Counted from the stretch's first letter, positions 8,394-17,437 are shown. The stretch: DNA of 56,102 nt from a virus (IMGVR_UViG_3300032272_000014:1-56102); one strand, 5' to 3'. Notes: generated by a model from the letters alone, not told the origin. A program made the numbers and translations.

Positions 8394-8422
8394 AATTTTT
8401 ATATTTGTTTGTTATTGTTATA

Positions 8423-8455
8423 CAAATATACATTATATATTCCATATACACAACA
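8423..8455 (-). promoter_or_regulatory. Bacteroidota sigma70-type promoter inside a cassette
   Basis: TTG-N20-TATATTTG matches -33/-7 consensus. Confidence 0.6.
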
Positions 8456-8587
8456 TTTATTTAATAATAATTCAAAAAAGTTTTGCTATCGCAATATGCC
8501 AACCCTCAAAATAACAGTAGTTAACAACGTGTATAACGCATTTGCGAAAAGCAAACGACGATTATACACAAGACCGTTACCACACAT

Positions 8588-8920
8588 TTAATGTGATAAT
8601 TTACCCGTTAAGCAATAACCACTACCATCAGGCTTACAAGTTGATTCAGACCATATCATTATAAGTTCTACTTTACCTTCGTATTTTAGTTGTTTAAGAA
8701 GTACAGTTAATATATCAACTGGTATTTCAGTATCTTTAGAAATAGCCCATTTCAATTTACCGTAACCTTTGCTTAACTTTTTTAAGTCATTAATAATAGC
8801 TTCTTTCATTTCTGCAATAGCAGGAGAAAAACGTGTGCTAACAATGGGTATATCACATTGCTTAGTTTCTTCTTGTTTTCTAAGGTTTCTTAATAACATT
8901 CTAAAATTTCCTATTTTCAT
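8588..8920 (-). CDS. Junction-spanning protein (QCDIPIV|S); C-terminal part winged-helix-like
   Basis: Core 8840-8842 in frame; KWAISKDTEIPVDILTVLLKQLKYEGKV. Confidence 0.6.
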   Translation of the reverse strand: MKIGNFRMLLRNLRKQEETKQCDIPIVSTRFSPAIAEMKEAIINDLKKLSKGYGKLKWAISKDTEIPVDILTVLLKQLKYEGKVELIMIWSESTCKPDGSGYCLTGKLSH

Positions 8921-8966
8921 AATTTATTTATTTAATTCGCAACTAACCATACCCAAACCGTTGTAT

Positions 8967-9215
8967 TCAATTAAAATGCCCTCGTCCGCTGCAAGTCAAA
9001 CAACTCTGCTTATCATCGTAGCTTTCGCCTTCCACAATTCCTGTACCATCACAACAAAGGCATTTTAACTGTTCGCTTTGCAATACAACATTGTATAAAT
9101 CAAATAACTCATTAGTTGCTTGTTCAATGCTATAATTACCATACTTAAATTGTTCTAATACCTCTTTTATATCTTCTTTCATATCGTTACTTGTTTTATA
9201 CTTAGCCGTTAGCAA
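8967..9215 (-). CDS. Junction-spanning protein (LYNV|V) with DnaJ-type CxxCxGxG zinc motifs
   Basis: CLCCDGTG and CLTCSGRG; core 9087-9089 in frame; true start probably MKEDIK. Confidence 0.65.
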   Translation of the reverse strand: MLTAKYKTSNDMKEDIKEVLEQFKYGNYSIEQATNELFDLYNVVLQSEQLKCLCCDGTGIVEGESYDDKQSCLTCSGRGHFN

Positions 9216-9310
9216 ACATTAAAACGATTTGCTAACACGTGGTATAGTGCATAGCTTAGGTTCGTGCCTAATTCAATAGTTTGTGTTTGTTTAACCATAA
9301 TTAAAATATT

Positions 9311-9562
9311 TTAATATTCCTTTAGTTCTGGTTTTCGCTCAATCACGTTTAAATGATAGTTTTTTATTATTTGCCTAACAACCTCTTTGGTATCTTCTTT
9401 AAATAAAGGTTTCATTTTACGTTCCATAACGTATTGAAGCTGTATAGTATAATAGCTGTTAGTCCATATAGTATCAGTATCTAATTTACCAAAACTATCT
9501 TGTAAGTCGCTAAATCTTTGTATTTGTTTATCTACAATTATATTTATGAGTTCTTCCAACAT
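9311..9562 (-). CDS. Hypothetical protein in attC loop
   Basis: Bracketed by perfect 21-bp IR 9297-9317 / 9561-9581. Confidence 0.65.
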   Translation of the reverse strand: MLEELINIIVDKQIQRFSDLQDSFGKLDTDTIWTNSYYTIQLQYVMERKMKPLFKEDTKEVVRQIIKNYHLNVIERKPELKEY

Positions 9563-9641
9563 ATTAAAATATTTTAATTATTACTTCAGTTCTTAATTCA
9601 ATCTTCGTACATTTCAAGGCTACGCACCATACCACTAAACG

Positions 9642-9950
9642 TTAGGCGTAATAGCTTTGGTTACGTCTATCCCTTTCTTCATTTTTTAGGTAATAAGCAA
9701 AGTACCAGTTAGGATTTCTTCCTTCTAAAAAAGCTTCTAATATCTCTAAACGCATTTGCTTTCCTTGCCATCTTATTGCATACTCGTCTGTTCCTACACC
9801 AACACCAAAGCTACTGCCTCTCATATTAACATAGTGGTCTAAATCAGCTTTTACCTTTTTATAAAGTTTAAAGTATTTAACAAACTTGTTTTGCATAACA
9901 ACGTGTATATCACATTGCTTTTCCGTACTTAATTCTTTGTTTTGTTTCAT
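9642..9950 (-). CDS. Junction-spanning protein (QCDIHVV|M)
   Basis: Core 9897-9899 in frame; stop codon lies in the next core. Confidence 0.65.
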   Translation of the reverse strand: MKQNKELSTEKQCDIHVVMQNKFVKYFKLYKKVKADLDHYVNMRGSSFGVGVGTDEYAIRWQGKQMRLEILEAFLEGRNPNWYFAYYLKNEERDRRNQSYYA

Positions 9951-10294
9951 TTTATTAAGTTATTTGATTATTCAATATTTCTGTTTATTTATACGCAACG
10001 TGGCATACACAAAACGTTAGCCTTCATTGTCTTATCACTTAATCCGTGATTCTTGTTTAAGTTTTCTATGTATAGTTCAATCATACATAGTTCTTTTTTA
10101 CTTAATTTTCTGTCTATCATATCCATAATTTTACGATTTCATATTACCATTCGTTAGCTACAATGGCGCAATATGAAAACTAAGCATTACGTGTTAGTGC
10201 GCCACAGTAGCTAACACGTAATATAAAAAATTGCTTAGGTCAGTTCCTTGTAATTAAAGTCGTTGCTTAATCGAAGAAAATAAAAAGCTAGTTT

Positions 10295-10504
10295 CTACAA
10301 TTTTTGCAAATGTTCGCTCTTATAAGCATTTATCATTTTACCATTTTCAAGTTCAATCTGTATTTTAAATCCGTAAAAGGCATTTTTTTCAGTGCAATAA
10401 TCTTCTACATTTTTAACAGTTCCTTCCATTCCTATAAAGTTTCCACCTCTAAAAAACACTTTAGTTTCTTTTGGGAATATCTCAGAGGGCAGTCTATTTT
10501 TCAT
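10295..10504 (-). CDS. Small KOW/SH3-like protein in attC loop
   Basis: KVFFRGGNFIGMEGTVKNV pattern. Confidence 0.5.
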   Translation of the reverse strand: MKNRLPSEIFPKETKVFFRGGNFIGMEGTVKNVEDYCTEKNAFYGFKIQIELENGKMINAYKSEHLQKL

Positions 10505-10581
10505 CGCTTTTTATTTTTGGTTTATCTATTAATTTCGTACTTAATTCAGCAACTTTTCATATTACTATTCGTTATATACAA

Positions 10582-10806
10582 TTAAACCGAGGCTAGATTT
10601 TTTATTATATATATAGCTTCTGCTTCTTCAATGTATTGCTTATCAGTTTTGTTTTCTTGATAGTTTAGGTGTATTGGCTTAAACTTGTCTTTTTGGTGTA
10701 GTATTACGCTTTTAAACTCACTTATTACAGGGTTTCTGTCTATAATAATAAAAAATCTTGGGTCACTTAACCAAAGTGTTTTCGCTGTGCTTTTGTATTG
10801 TATCAT
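10582..10806 (-). CDS. Cassette hypothetical protein
   Basis: Between IR GTTATATACAATTAAACC / GGTTTAACAGTATATAAC. Confidence 0.6.
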   Translation of the reverse strand: MIQYKSTAKTLWLSDPRFFIIIDRNPVISEFKSVILHQKDKFKPIHLNYQENKTDKQYIEEAEAIYIIKNLASV

Positions 10807-10972
10807 TTGCTAATGTATTTTAAAGGTTTAACAGTATATAACACTGTATAAAGTCTATTGCTTTTTAAAGCTTTATCAATGTTTAATTATTATTTGTTGT
10901 TTATTATCCACAATTCAAAGGTTTTTGTTGTTTATAAGCAACATACCTTATACAATTCCGTTAGGGCAAATA

Positions 10973-11272
10973 CTACTTATGCATTTTACCGCCATTTAAT
11001 TCACAAAGAAATTTCATAATAGTTTCCATATCAGTATTTCGGTTTGCGTGGCTTAAATAATCTCTTGGTTTTTCATAGTGGTAACTATTGCTTTCAATAT
11101 GCTGTTTGCAAGACTTTTCAGTTAAAAAGGCGTTCTGTAGTTTAAATACTTTTTGCCTGTTTACTTTTCGGTAATTATTTTCTAATATCTCGTCTTTTTC
11201 ATAGTCCGTTAACTCGTTGTATTTTTTTTCAACTTCATCTTCTTCATAATCATAATCTTTTTTAAGTTTCAC
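10973..11272 (-). CDS. Hypothetical protein, possibly N-terminally truncated
   Basis: GTG start directly after a GTT-type core (AAC 11275-11277 on +). Confidence 0.5.
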   Translation of the reverse strand: MKLKKDYDYEEDEVEKKYNELTDYEKDEILENNYRKVNRQKVFKLQNAFLTEKSCKQHIESNSYHYEKPRDYLSHANRNTDMETIMKFLCELNGGKMHK

Positions 11273-11296
11273 ATAACGCCATTGTATTACTTTAGG

Positions 11297-11752
11297 CTAT
11301 CGACGAGACTTGAGCATATTTACATACGGTTTTAATCGTGTTTCTCTAAAATCTAATACATCACTGTCGCTCATATCGTTTAAAGCGTTTATAATAGATG
11401 TTTTAACACTAATAGTAGTATTTGGAATTGGTGTGACTTTTATATACACTTTACTTACTTTTAGATTGTATTGATCTATAATTTCATTATAAACTTCTTT
11501 ATACTTATCGTTAATAACATCAAAAGTTCTTTTGTTAAAATATATTAAATGATGAGGACAACCCAAAGAATCACCTATTTCTTGAAGGGTATATCCATAA
11601 TCCATCTCGTAAGATAATTTAGAATAAACTTTTCTAGCATAAGCATTATGCCTTTTTCTATTCTTAGCTCTTATATCCGACTCTAATTTACTGTCAATAA
11701 TATCTATTAGTTGGTCTAGTTTCATTTCTGTTTGTTTTAATTGTTCAATCAA
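11297..11752 (-). CDS. DnaA domain IV-like HTH DNA-binding protein
   Basis: RKRHNAYARKVY...YTLQEIGDSLGCPHHLI. Confidence 0.55.
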   Translation of the reverse strand: MIEQLKQTEMKLDQLIDIIDSKLESDIRAKNRKRHNAYARKVYSKLSYEMDYGYTLQEIGDSLGCPHHLIYFNKRTFDVINDKYKEVYNEIIDQYNLKVSKVYIKVTPIPNTTISVKTSIINALNDMSDSDVLDFRETRLKPYVNMLKSRR

Positions 11753-11802
11753 ATGTATATAACTTTATTAACATTAAGAAGAACTTTAACACTTTTTAAC
11801 AT

Positions 11803-12048
11803 TTAATAAATCACACCCTTACCTTTTTGTGTAGCGAAGGCGTTAAAACCATTTTTCTTTAATTGATCTATCCTTAATTTCTGTAAAGGCTTTAAAGTAT
11901 CATTAGGTTCTTTAACTTCAATCCATGTTGTTATACCATTTTTCATAGCCATAACATCTGGATAACCCGACTTATTTAATCGTATGGTTTTTAACACATC
12001 GTAACCCATTGACTCGTATTTACTTATTATTTCCTCTTGATATGTCAT
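11803..12048 (-). CDS. VRR-NUC / PD-(D/E)xK nuclease
   Basis: GYPDV...WIEVK...LKPLQ; next to helicase. Confidence 0.8.
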   Translation of the reverse strand: MTYQEEIISKYESMGYDVLKTIRLNKSGYPDVMAMKNGITTWIEVKEPNDTLKPLQKLRIDQLKKNGFNAFATQKGKGVIY

Positions 12049-13265
12049 TAATATTGCTTTTTAAATACTGATGTTGTATATGATTTTTTATTCATTACTT
12101 GTTTATAAATCTTTTCCTCGATACCACCTTCAGAAAATATCCAATAGATGTCATTTGACTTTCGCTGCATAGTTGTAAGTCTATCTCTACTTTGCCAATA
12201 GTTCTTAGCACTAAAATCTATGTTATAGTAAACCAGGTAATCAGCTTCCTTTAAAGAAATACCTTCACTTCCACTTACAATCTGTAGAGCAATATGCTTA
12301 TCCGTAGCATTGAACTCATCTAAATCATTGGTTAACCTATCACCGAATACTTGCTTTAGTGCTTCATACTCAGCCTTAAACTTATAAAAAACACCTATTT
12401 TAGAGTTACCGAAATGGGAACTTATGAATTTAGATTTACTTAAATCAAAGGCACTACTACTTTTATCTTCAAATAATACAGTACCACTAAAAATCTGGTG
12501 TAACTTCTGCATTTCCTTAACTGCTGTATCAGCCATAATCTCTCGACCATCCTTAGCTATAACGAATTTATCCTTAGATAGTCTCTTCGCTAAAGCGTAT
12601 GTAGAATCATTCATCTTTACTTTTAATACATTCTCTATTACCTTAGTCTCAAAACCTGCTTCAGCTTGTGTAAAAGTAAGCATATAGGGTTTTATAATAG
12701 GTTTAATCAGGTGCATATAAGCATTACTATAATCTTTTACCACTGCATACCCTAAACGCCTATCTTTAACATCTACAAAATCTTTAGCCCACTTATAAAA
12801 TGTAGTGTATTTAAACGGATTTCTTTTACTACACCAAAATTGGTGAAATATTTGAGAGTATGACTCTGGATGAGGTGTACCACTTAAAAAAATCATAGGT
12901 AAATGACTGTAATTGTCTTTAATAAACCTAGTCATTTTATTAGCTTTAGGAAAAGCACCGTTTCTGTGGTGTTCATCGCTAATAAGAAAATCATAATCAT
13001 CTATAAACTTATGGGCTGATTCATTATTAATTACCGTAAGATTGAACGTAAAACCAAAGTTTTTATAGTCATCTTCTATAGACGATATTGCTTTCTTTTT
13101 AGTAAGAAATAGCACTTTCTTAGCACCGTAAAGCTGTGCAGCGTTTAAAGATGTTAAAGTTTTACCTGTTCTCACTTCCATAGACAAGTAAACAATATGT
13201 AATTCCTTTAAGATGTCATTTGCTCTATTGGAAAGTTCCTCCTGGTATTTTCTAAGTTCGTACAT
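12048..13265 (-). CDS. SF2 (SNF2-like) helicase
   Basis: RTGKT, SDEHH, LSGTP, EGISL, QSRDR motifs. Confidence 0.85.
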   Translation of the reverse strand: MYELRKYQEELSNRANDILKELHIVYLSMEVRTGKTLTSLNAAQLYGAKKVLFLTKKKAISSIEDDYKNFGFTFNLTVINNESAHKFIDDYDFLISDEHHRNGAFPKANKMTRFIKDNYSHLPMIFLSGTPHPESYSQIFHQFWCSKRNPFKYTTFYKWAKDFVDVKDRRLGYAVVKDYSNAYMHLIKPIIKPYMLTFTQAEAGFETKVIENVLKVKMNDSTYALAKRLSKDKFVIAKDGREIMADTAVKEMQKLHQIFSGTVLFEDKSSSAFDLSKSKFISSHFGNSKIGVFYKFKAEYEALKQVFGDRLTNDLDEFNATDKHIALQIVSGSEGISLKEADYLVYYNIDFSAKNYWQSRDRLTTMQRKSNDIYWIFSEGGIEEKIYKQVMNKKSYTTSVFKKQY

Positions 13266-13459
13266 AGTAAATCAGTTATTTCTTCGTGTTTTAACATTCT
13301 AGGTTTATAATTTTCAATATAGTAGGCAAAGAACGTGTTATCATCTAAATATTTGAAGATATGATAAAGTATATCATTATCTATGTATGTAGATGACAAC
13401 TTAAAATCCCTACCTATACTACCTTGCTGTATATCGAAAGTGTTTGTTTTTGGCTTCAT
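13208..13459 (-). CDS. Hypothetical protein
   Basis: ORF track. Confidence 0.4.
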   Translation of the reverse strand: MKPKTNTFDIQQGSIGRDFKLSSTYIDNDILYHIFKYLDDNTFFAYYIENYKPRMLKHEEITDLLCTNLENTRRNFPIEQMTS

Positions 13460-13462
13460 TAT

Positions 13463-15802
13463 TTAAAATTCTATTTCAGGTTCTTTGCTTTTAAATCCAC
13501 TAACGCTAAATTTTCTTATACCTCCATACGTTGTATCTTCTCTTTTCCATTGCTTAAACTCAAGATACATACCTATCCATCTACCAAACCAACTTACATT
13601 CATGTTTCTAGGAATCTCCCTTGATCCATCATTATATTTAAGCATTATTTCTTTAGTGGTGTAATATTGACCCTCTTTCCAGAAAAATTCATTTTCGCAA
13701 AAATCATATAAATCCTCACAAGTATTAGCAATTAGTTTTTTAGTCTTACCTGTTTTTAATTCAGACTTTAATAAACCATTTGTTAGATAAAGCTGTATAT
13801 TTATAATCATGTAATTATAAAAAGCATTCCAATCATCATCAGACCATTTTAATCCGAAAAACAATTTACCAAATTCATCAATAGGTTTATAGTTTTTAGA
13901 GTAATGTCTAAAAAGTTCAATCTCTAGCTTTCTATCTTCGTGACTATCACCAACACCTGATAATATATAGTTAGATGTAAAAAGCATTTTAGGACTTCTT
14001 TCAAATGGAATAACAATAGGTTGTTGGAACTTCTTTTTAAGTGTTAAGTTACCAGTAACTATACTAAAAAGGCTTTCATACTTAAATTTTCGCTCCATAT
14101 CATCAAAGCAAATAACATTATCATCAAGGCTTATCGTATCGTATGGGAAATTCCCTTTATTATCAAACTCTTTACCATTTAAAGTAACTAACTTTCTTAA
14201 CTCACCAACAGCATCAGCAACAAGAGTTTTACCTGTTCTACCACTTGGATTATCGTTTAAGGTTTCGTCATATAAAATAACAGACAACCCTTCATCTTGC
14301 TTTTTGTGAGTTGTTAACAAGTAACCTACTGCACTTTCTAAAATCTCTTTACGCTTTAAGTCTTGATTAGATACATTTAATATAAACTGTTCAAAATCAC
14401 TTTTACTATCAGTTATATTAAAATCTCTTTTTATAATATTATCTTCCCATACAAAACCACCGATATTGATGTAGTCTATAAACTCAATATTATCTTTAGT
14501 AACCTTAACAACTTTATTTAAAAAGAATAGATAGCTTTCATTAGGTGTGTCTCTAACCATTGCTAATTGTTTTGTAGATAATTGGTTTAAGTAGTTTTCA
14601 GTAAACTTAGTTGTAGATTTAGCGAAAAAATTATAGACAGCTATATCTATCTCCTGGACGTAATTAAGTATAAAGTCTTTTATATTTGTTTCATTGACTT
14701 CATTTATAATATTATTATAAACCTTAACAAAAGTAAATTCCTTTTCATTTAACTGCACCTTATAGTAACCTCTATTTTCTAAGAACAACTTAAACTTATA
14801 GTCATTAAGTGATATTGAACCGTTCTTATTAACATCCCAAAATATCAAATAGTCATCTTCAAAATCAAAATCAATAATATCTTCTATCTGATCTTCATCT
14901 AAACCCTCTTTCTTTAGTTCCCTCTTAGCTTTAGAAACACCTTTTTTTAAAAGTCTTTCAGCTTCATAGATTTTATTATCATCTATTAAAGTAAGGGTGT
15001 TAAACTCATGTGTATTTCTATAAGCTGAATCAACTATTGCTTCTGGCTCACCTTTATCCAAACCATTTGAGTAAAAGCTAATAAATAAAGATTTACATTC
15101 AGTAGAACTCATACCTGCTTTATTTAGACCACAAGCCAACCTAAAGAGATTATTATTTCTTTCACCAACATTTAAAGTAAATTTCTTATTAAACCACTTC
15201 ATTATAACATCTACCTTTTTATCAGTATCTTGTATCTGAAAATGTACAGGGTAGTTATTTTTAAGAGTAACTTCTGTAAAGTCTTTTTTAAGTTCCCATA
15301 ATTTAGAGTTATGGTTTATGAATAAGTTAGGGTCGTAACTCTCGTAGCAAACCCTAGACACATCTTTAGTCTTAGTGTCTAACTTTGTATCAAAAGTTTC
15401 ACATATTGCCTCGTAGTACTTTTTATGGTCTTTTATTACTGGTGGTATTTTAACTAGAGCTTTAACACCATTACCACTAGGACTTATAAATGCAGAGTAA
15501 ATAAATTCATTATCTTGTAGACTATCCCTTAAAGCAACAGGATCATCAACATCATCAAAATCTAAACAAGCAAAACCAGAGTGCGTTACACAATTTTTAG
15601 CAGAGCGATAAGAAAACTTACCGCTAAAACAAATTGATTTTAACTTTTGTTTTAAAGGGTTTCTATCGTCCTTACTTTTAAAGCTTCTTATTTTATTTAT
15701 AAACTCCTTATTTGTTCCGTTCTTGATGTCGTTTAAAACGTCGTCAATTTCTTTGTAGAAAGGATTCTCTACATCTTTTATATTAGCAAATACTGTAATC
15801 AT
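13463..15802 (-). CDS. Primase-helicase (VirE-N/BT4734-like + PriCT-1 + P-loop)
   Basis: CLDFD, FISPSGNGVKALV, DVSRVCYESYDP, GERNNNLF, SGRTGKT. Confidence 0.85.
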   Translation of the reverse strand: MITVFANIKDVENPFYKEIDDVLNDIKNGTNKEFINKIRSFKSKDDRNPLKQKLKSICFSGKFSYRSAKNCVTHSGFACLDFDDVDDPVALRDSLQDNEFIYSAFISPSGNGVKALVKIPPVIKDHKKYYEAICETFDTKLDTKTKDVSRVCYESYDPNLFINHNSKLWELKKDFTEVTLKNNYPVHFQIQDTDKKVDVIMKWFNKKFTLNVGERNNNLFRLACGLNKAGMSSTECKSLFISFYSNGLDKGEPEAIVDSAYRNTHEFNTLTLIDDNKIYEAERLLKKGVSKAKRELKKEGLDEDQIEDIIDFDFEDDYLIFWDVNKNGSISLNDYKFKLFLENRGYYKVQLNEKEFTFVKVYNNIINEVNETNIKDFILNYVQEIDIAVYNFFAKSTTKFTENYLNQLSTKQLAMVRDTPNESYLFFLNKVVKVTKDNIEFIDYINIGGFVWEDNIIKRDFNITDSKSDFEQFILNVSNQDLKRKEILESAVGYLLTTHKKQDEGLSVILYDETLNDNPSGRTGKTLVADAVGELRKLVTLNGKEFDNKGNFPYDTISLDDNVICFDDMERKFKYESLFSIVTGNLTLKKKFQQPIVIPFERSPKMLFTSNYILSGVGDSHEDRKLEIELFRHYSKNYKPIDEFGKLFFGLKWSDDDWNAFYNYMIINIQLYLTNGLLKSELKTGKTKKLIANTCEDLYDFCENEFFWKEGQYYTTKEIMLKYNDGSREIPRNMNVSWFGRWIGMYLEFKQWKREDTTYGGIRKFSVSGFKSKEPEIEF

Positions 15803-15806
15803 AAAA

Positions 15807-16001
15807 TTACTTATTTTTTAGTTTTTGCTGAACATGTAATAATGTTCCAATGTAATCGTGAAGTTGTTGAATTGTAAGGTATGATTCAGACCTTGAGTTT
15901 TCAAAGTCTAGTGTTATAATAACACATTCATTACCATCTTCTTGTATTGTTATTTCTGACTTGTATTCTTCAGTTCCAACACTATGAGAGTGAGACACCA
16001 T
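15807..16001 (-). CDS. Hypothetical protein
   Basis: ORF track. Confidence 0.5.
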   Translation of the reverse strand: MVSHSHSVGTEEYKSEITIQEDGNECVIITLDFENSRSESYLTIQQLHDYIGTLLHVQQKLKNK

Positions 16002-16059
16002 ATTTTATATTATATTAAGTTAAATTAAAAACCAAAGATACAAATAAAAACCGACTTTA

Positions 16060-16265
16060 CAAACAAAAACAGGAAGAACAGCAAAAAACAGCATTTCTAA
16101 AATATGCTGTATAGTCTAACTACTTGATAATCAGAACGAAACTTTACGAAAAACAGCATAACAGCATTTTTTCTACTTTTTCAATATTTTGAGTAAAATT
16201 TATATTTTTTAAAATATATATATAGTTAGAGTGTTTTTTGCCGTTTTGCTGTTTTACTGTTTTTA
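16060..16265. other. Putative replication origin
   Basis: Non-coding; AACAGCA repeats, inverted TGCTGT/TACTGT copies, AT-rich core, IHF consensus 16117-16129; upstream of primase. Confidence 0.45.
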
Positions 16266-16270
16266 CAAAT

Positions 16271-16306
16271 AAAAAAACCCTTACAAATCAATGTAAGGGC
16301 TTCTTT
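16271..16306 (-). terminator. Probable terminator
   Basis: CCCTTACA...TGTAAGGG hairpin with A/T tails. Confidence 0.55.
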
Positions 16307-16434
16307 CAGGTTAATTGCAACTATTTACTAAACCTCTTTTTCAGGTATATTATAAGTAACGTTATAAATAATATAGGGGGAACTGAAGCTATGAAATATA
16401 AAATATTCTTAGCTATGATTTTTACCTCTCTCAT

Positions 16435-17127
16435 CTAAAATGGAAGATCGTCTGGATCGTTATCACCATCAACTAACACAGGCTCTTTTACTTCGACATT
16501 ATCTACGTCCACTTCTGGTTTAGCGGTTACACTCTCGAAGTGTGAAACAATCTCTAAGTACTTTTCGTTAGCTAAAGCCATTTCAGCTTTGGTAAACGCT
16601 TTACCTATAGTAAAATCAGGTGTAGAATACTTAGTAGCACCCTTTTTATGGTCTGTAACGGTCTTGATTTCACACCAAGCACCTTCGACTGCATTTTCAT
16701 TCTCATTTAAGAAATCAGAATAAGCAGCTACAACAGCACCTTTAAGTTGTAGGTTAATAATATCACCATTCGTATCTACAACATAGACTGATCGATGGTA
16801 TTTACCACCTGCGTCTAGTATGTTTAATCTAATTTCACCGTAAATCCCTTCAGCAATATCACCACCTTTAAATGATTTAACCTTTAATGGTTCTTTAGAG
16901 ATAAATTTAACCTCGTTTGAAAAGATACGAGAACTACTAGCATCATGCCATCCTTTAATAGTATGGAAATGCTCTAGGAACATAAATTTAAAAGGCACTT
17001 CCACCTTTACATTCTCTGTTTTTGATTTATCCCAGTACTCAAAGCACTTGTCGTTTGATTTCCACTCTAAGAATTTAGTGGCAGGATTTTTTCTTGTTTC
17101 TGTTTGATTTAATGTTCTTCTTGACAT
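16435..17127 (-). CDS. Probable ssDNA-binding/recombination protein
   Basis: Acidic tail ending DDLPF; replication module. Confidence 0.55.
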   Translation of the reverse strand: MSRRTLNQTETRKNPATKFLEWKSNDKCFEYWDKSKTENVKVEVPFKFMFLEHFHTIKGWHDASSSRIFSNEVKFISKEPLKVKSFKGGDIAEGIYGEIRLNILDAGGKYHRSVYVVDTNGDIINLQLKGAVVAAYSDFLNENENAVEGAWCEIKTVTDHKKGATKYSTPDFTIGKAFTKAEMALANEKYLEIVSHFESVTAKPEVDVDNVEVKEPVLVDGDNDPDDLPF

Positions 17128-17198
17128 AATATAATTGTTTTAAAATACGATTAAATTGCCGTAACCGCTTCGGCTCAATTGTTCTGCAATGTAGTGTT

Positions 17199-17435
17199 TT
17201 ATTCTTTGTTATCCAACTTTTTCTTATTAATATAATCGTTTTTATATCTTCGTGCTGCTTTTAGTTTTATGCACAACTCCCTAAAAGTTCTATCATTCTC
17301 ATATAGTTCTGTTGTGTCTGGTAGTTTAGTGAAGTCAGTCATTGACTGACCAAGCATACCATCTAATTCGTTAAATAACGCTTGTTCTATAAAGTCGTTA
17401 TCCTCTATTTCTACTTTAATTATTATTATCCTCAT
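17199..17435 (-). CDS. Hypothetical protein
   Basis: ORF track. Confidence 0.55.
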   Translation of the reverse strand: MRIIIIKVEIEDNDFIEQALFNELDGMLGQSMTDFTKLPDTTELYENDRTFRELCIKLKAARRYKNDYINKKKLDNKE

Positions 17436-17437
17436 AT

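Larger units (their letters stand above)
4341..10975 (+). mobile_element. Integron-like cassette array 1 (CALIN-like, ~18 attC-like sites; all genes on - strand)
   Basis: AAC..GTT sites with paired inner arms: 4698-4780, 4839-5345, 5544-5730, 5753-5949, 6060-6248, 6272-6554, 6782-6826, 6852-6973, 7070-7343, 7456-7648, 7764-7949, 8523-8578, 8840-8962, 9087-9210, 9234-9643, 9897-10018, 10213-10573, 10840-10962; most GTT flanks are complementary to the next AAC flank. Confidence 0.85.

Noticed and set aside
5116-10585. Plus-strand ORFs in array 1 (5116, 5816, 6600, 6869, 7127, 7179, 7821, 8382, 8769, 10304) as canonical-orientation cassette genes
   Set aside because: They overlap better minus-strand ORFs, have shadow-like composition and do not respect cassette boundaries
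4341-10975. CRISPR array, REP elements or plain terminators as an explanation for the repeats
   Set aside because: Units are unit-specific interlocking inverted repeats with a constant AAC/GTT core, variable gene-sized inserts and no U-tails
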